NCBI GenBank assembly: GCA_009914755.4
Contig: CP086569.2
Location: 4,640,001-4,704,000 of the forward strand
Reading direction: 5' to 3'
DNA from: the human T2T-CHM13v2.0 reference genome, Homo sapiens
DNA: 64,000 nucleotides
The notes below the pieces were generated by a model. It ran no database searches, was not told the origin of the DNA, and saw nothing but the letters and a program-made list of their open reading frames with translations. Each line of letters opens with the position of its first letter. The first letter of the stretch is position 1. Positions 63,930 through 64,000 of this stretch are shown here, one piece after another. Made by a program: the position numbers and the translations under genes.

Positions 63930-64000
63930 AAAATGAAAGTCAGTTTATAAAGTTGAGACTTCTGATTTAATGTTAATATGAGTTCCTGAAAAATGAAACA

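Overview
This window is primate (human-type) nuclear genomic DNA, not prokaryotic. The evidence is at least nine Alu SINEs, several with poly-A tails and target-site duplications, L1 LINE sequence, MaLR LTRs and simple-sequence microsatellites. The background is AT-rich and repeat-dense. I could not recognise any conventional protein-coding exon.

Main contents:
(i) A composite of old L1 pieces with two Alu insertions at the left edge (1-4245).
(ii) A full-length 6.2 kb young L1PA element on the + strand (12748-18926). It has a complete 5'UTR, ORF1, ORF2, 3'UTR, poly-A and a probable TSD, but both ORFs are inactivated by one nonsense and one frameshift mutation each.
(iii) A 4-4.5 kb CpG-island cluster (about 38.8-43.1 kb), flanked and punctuated by (CA)n and (GT)n tracts. 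It contains perfect splice-donor motifs on both strands, which suggests a bidirectional, noncoding first-exon promoter of a gene or lncRNA that I cannot name.
(iv) A U2 snRNA pseudogene (58593-58781) fused to an Alu, plus a second 27-nt U2 5'-end fragment at 63903.
(v) Two THE1/MST-type MaLR solo LTRs in opposite orientation, MLT1-type LTR pieces, and several short tandem duplications.

No CRISPR array, tRNA, rRNA or prokaryotic-style defence system is present. Most ORFs in the supplied track are translation artefacts of repeats or of the GC-rich island. The L1 ORF1 and ORF2 remnants are the only real coding-derived sequences.
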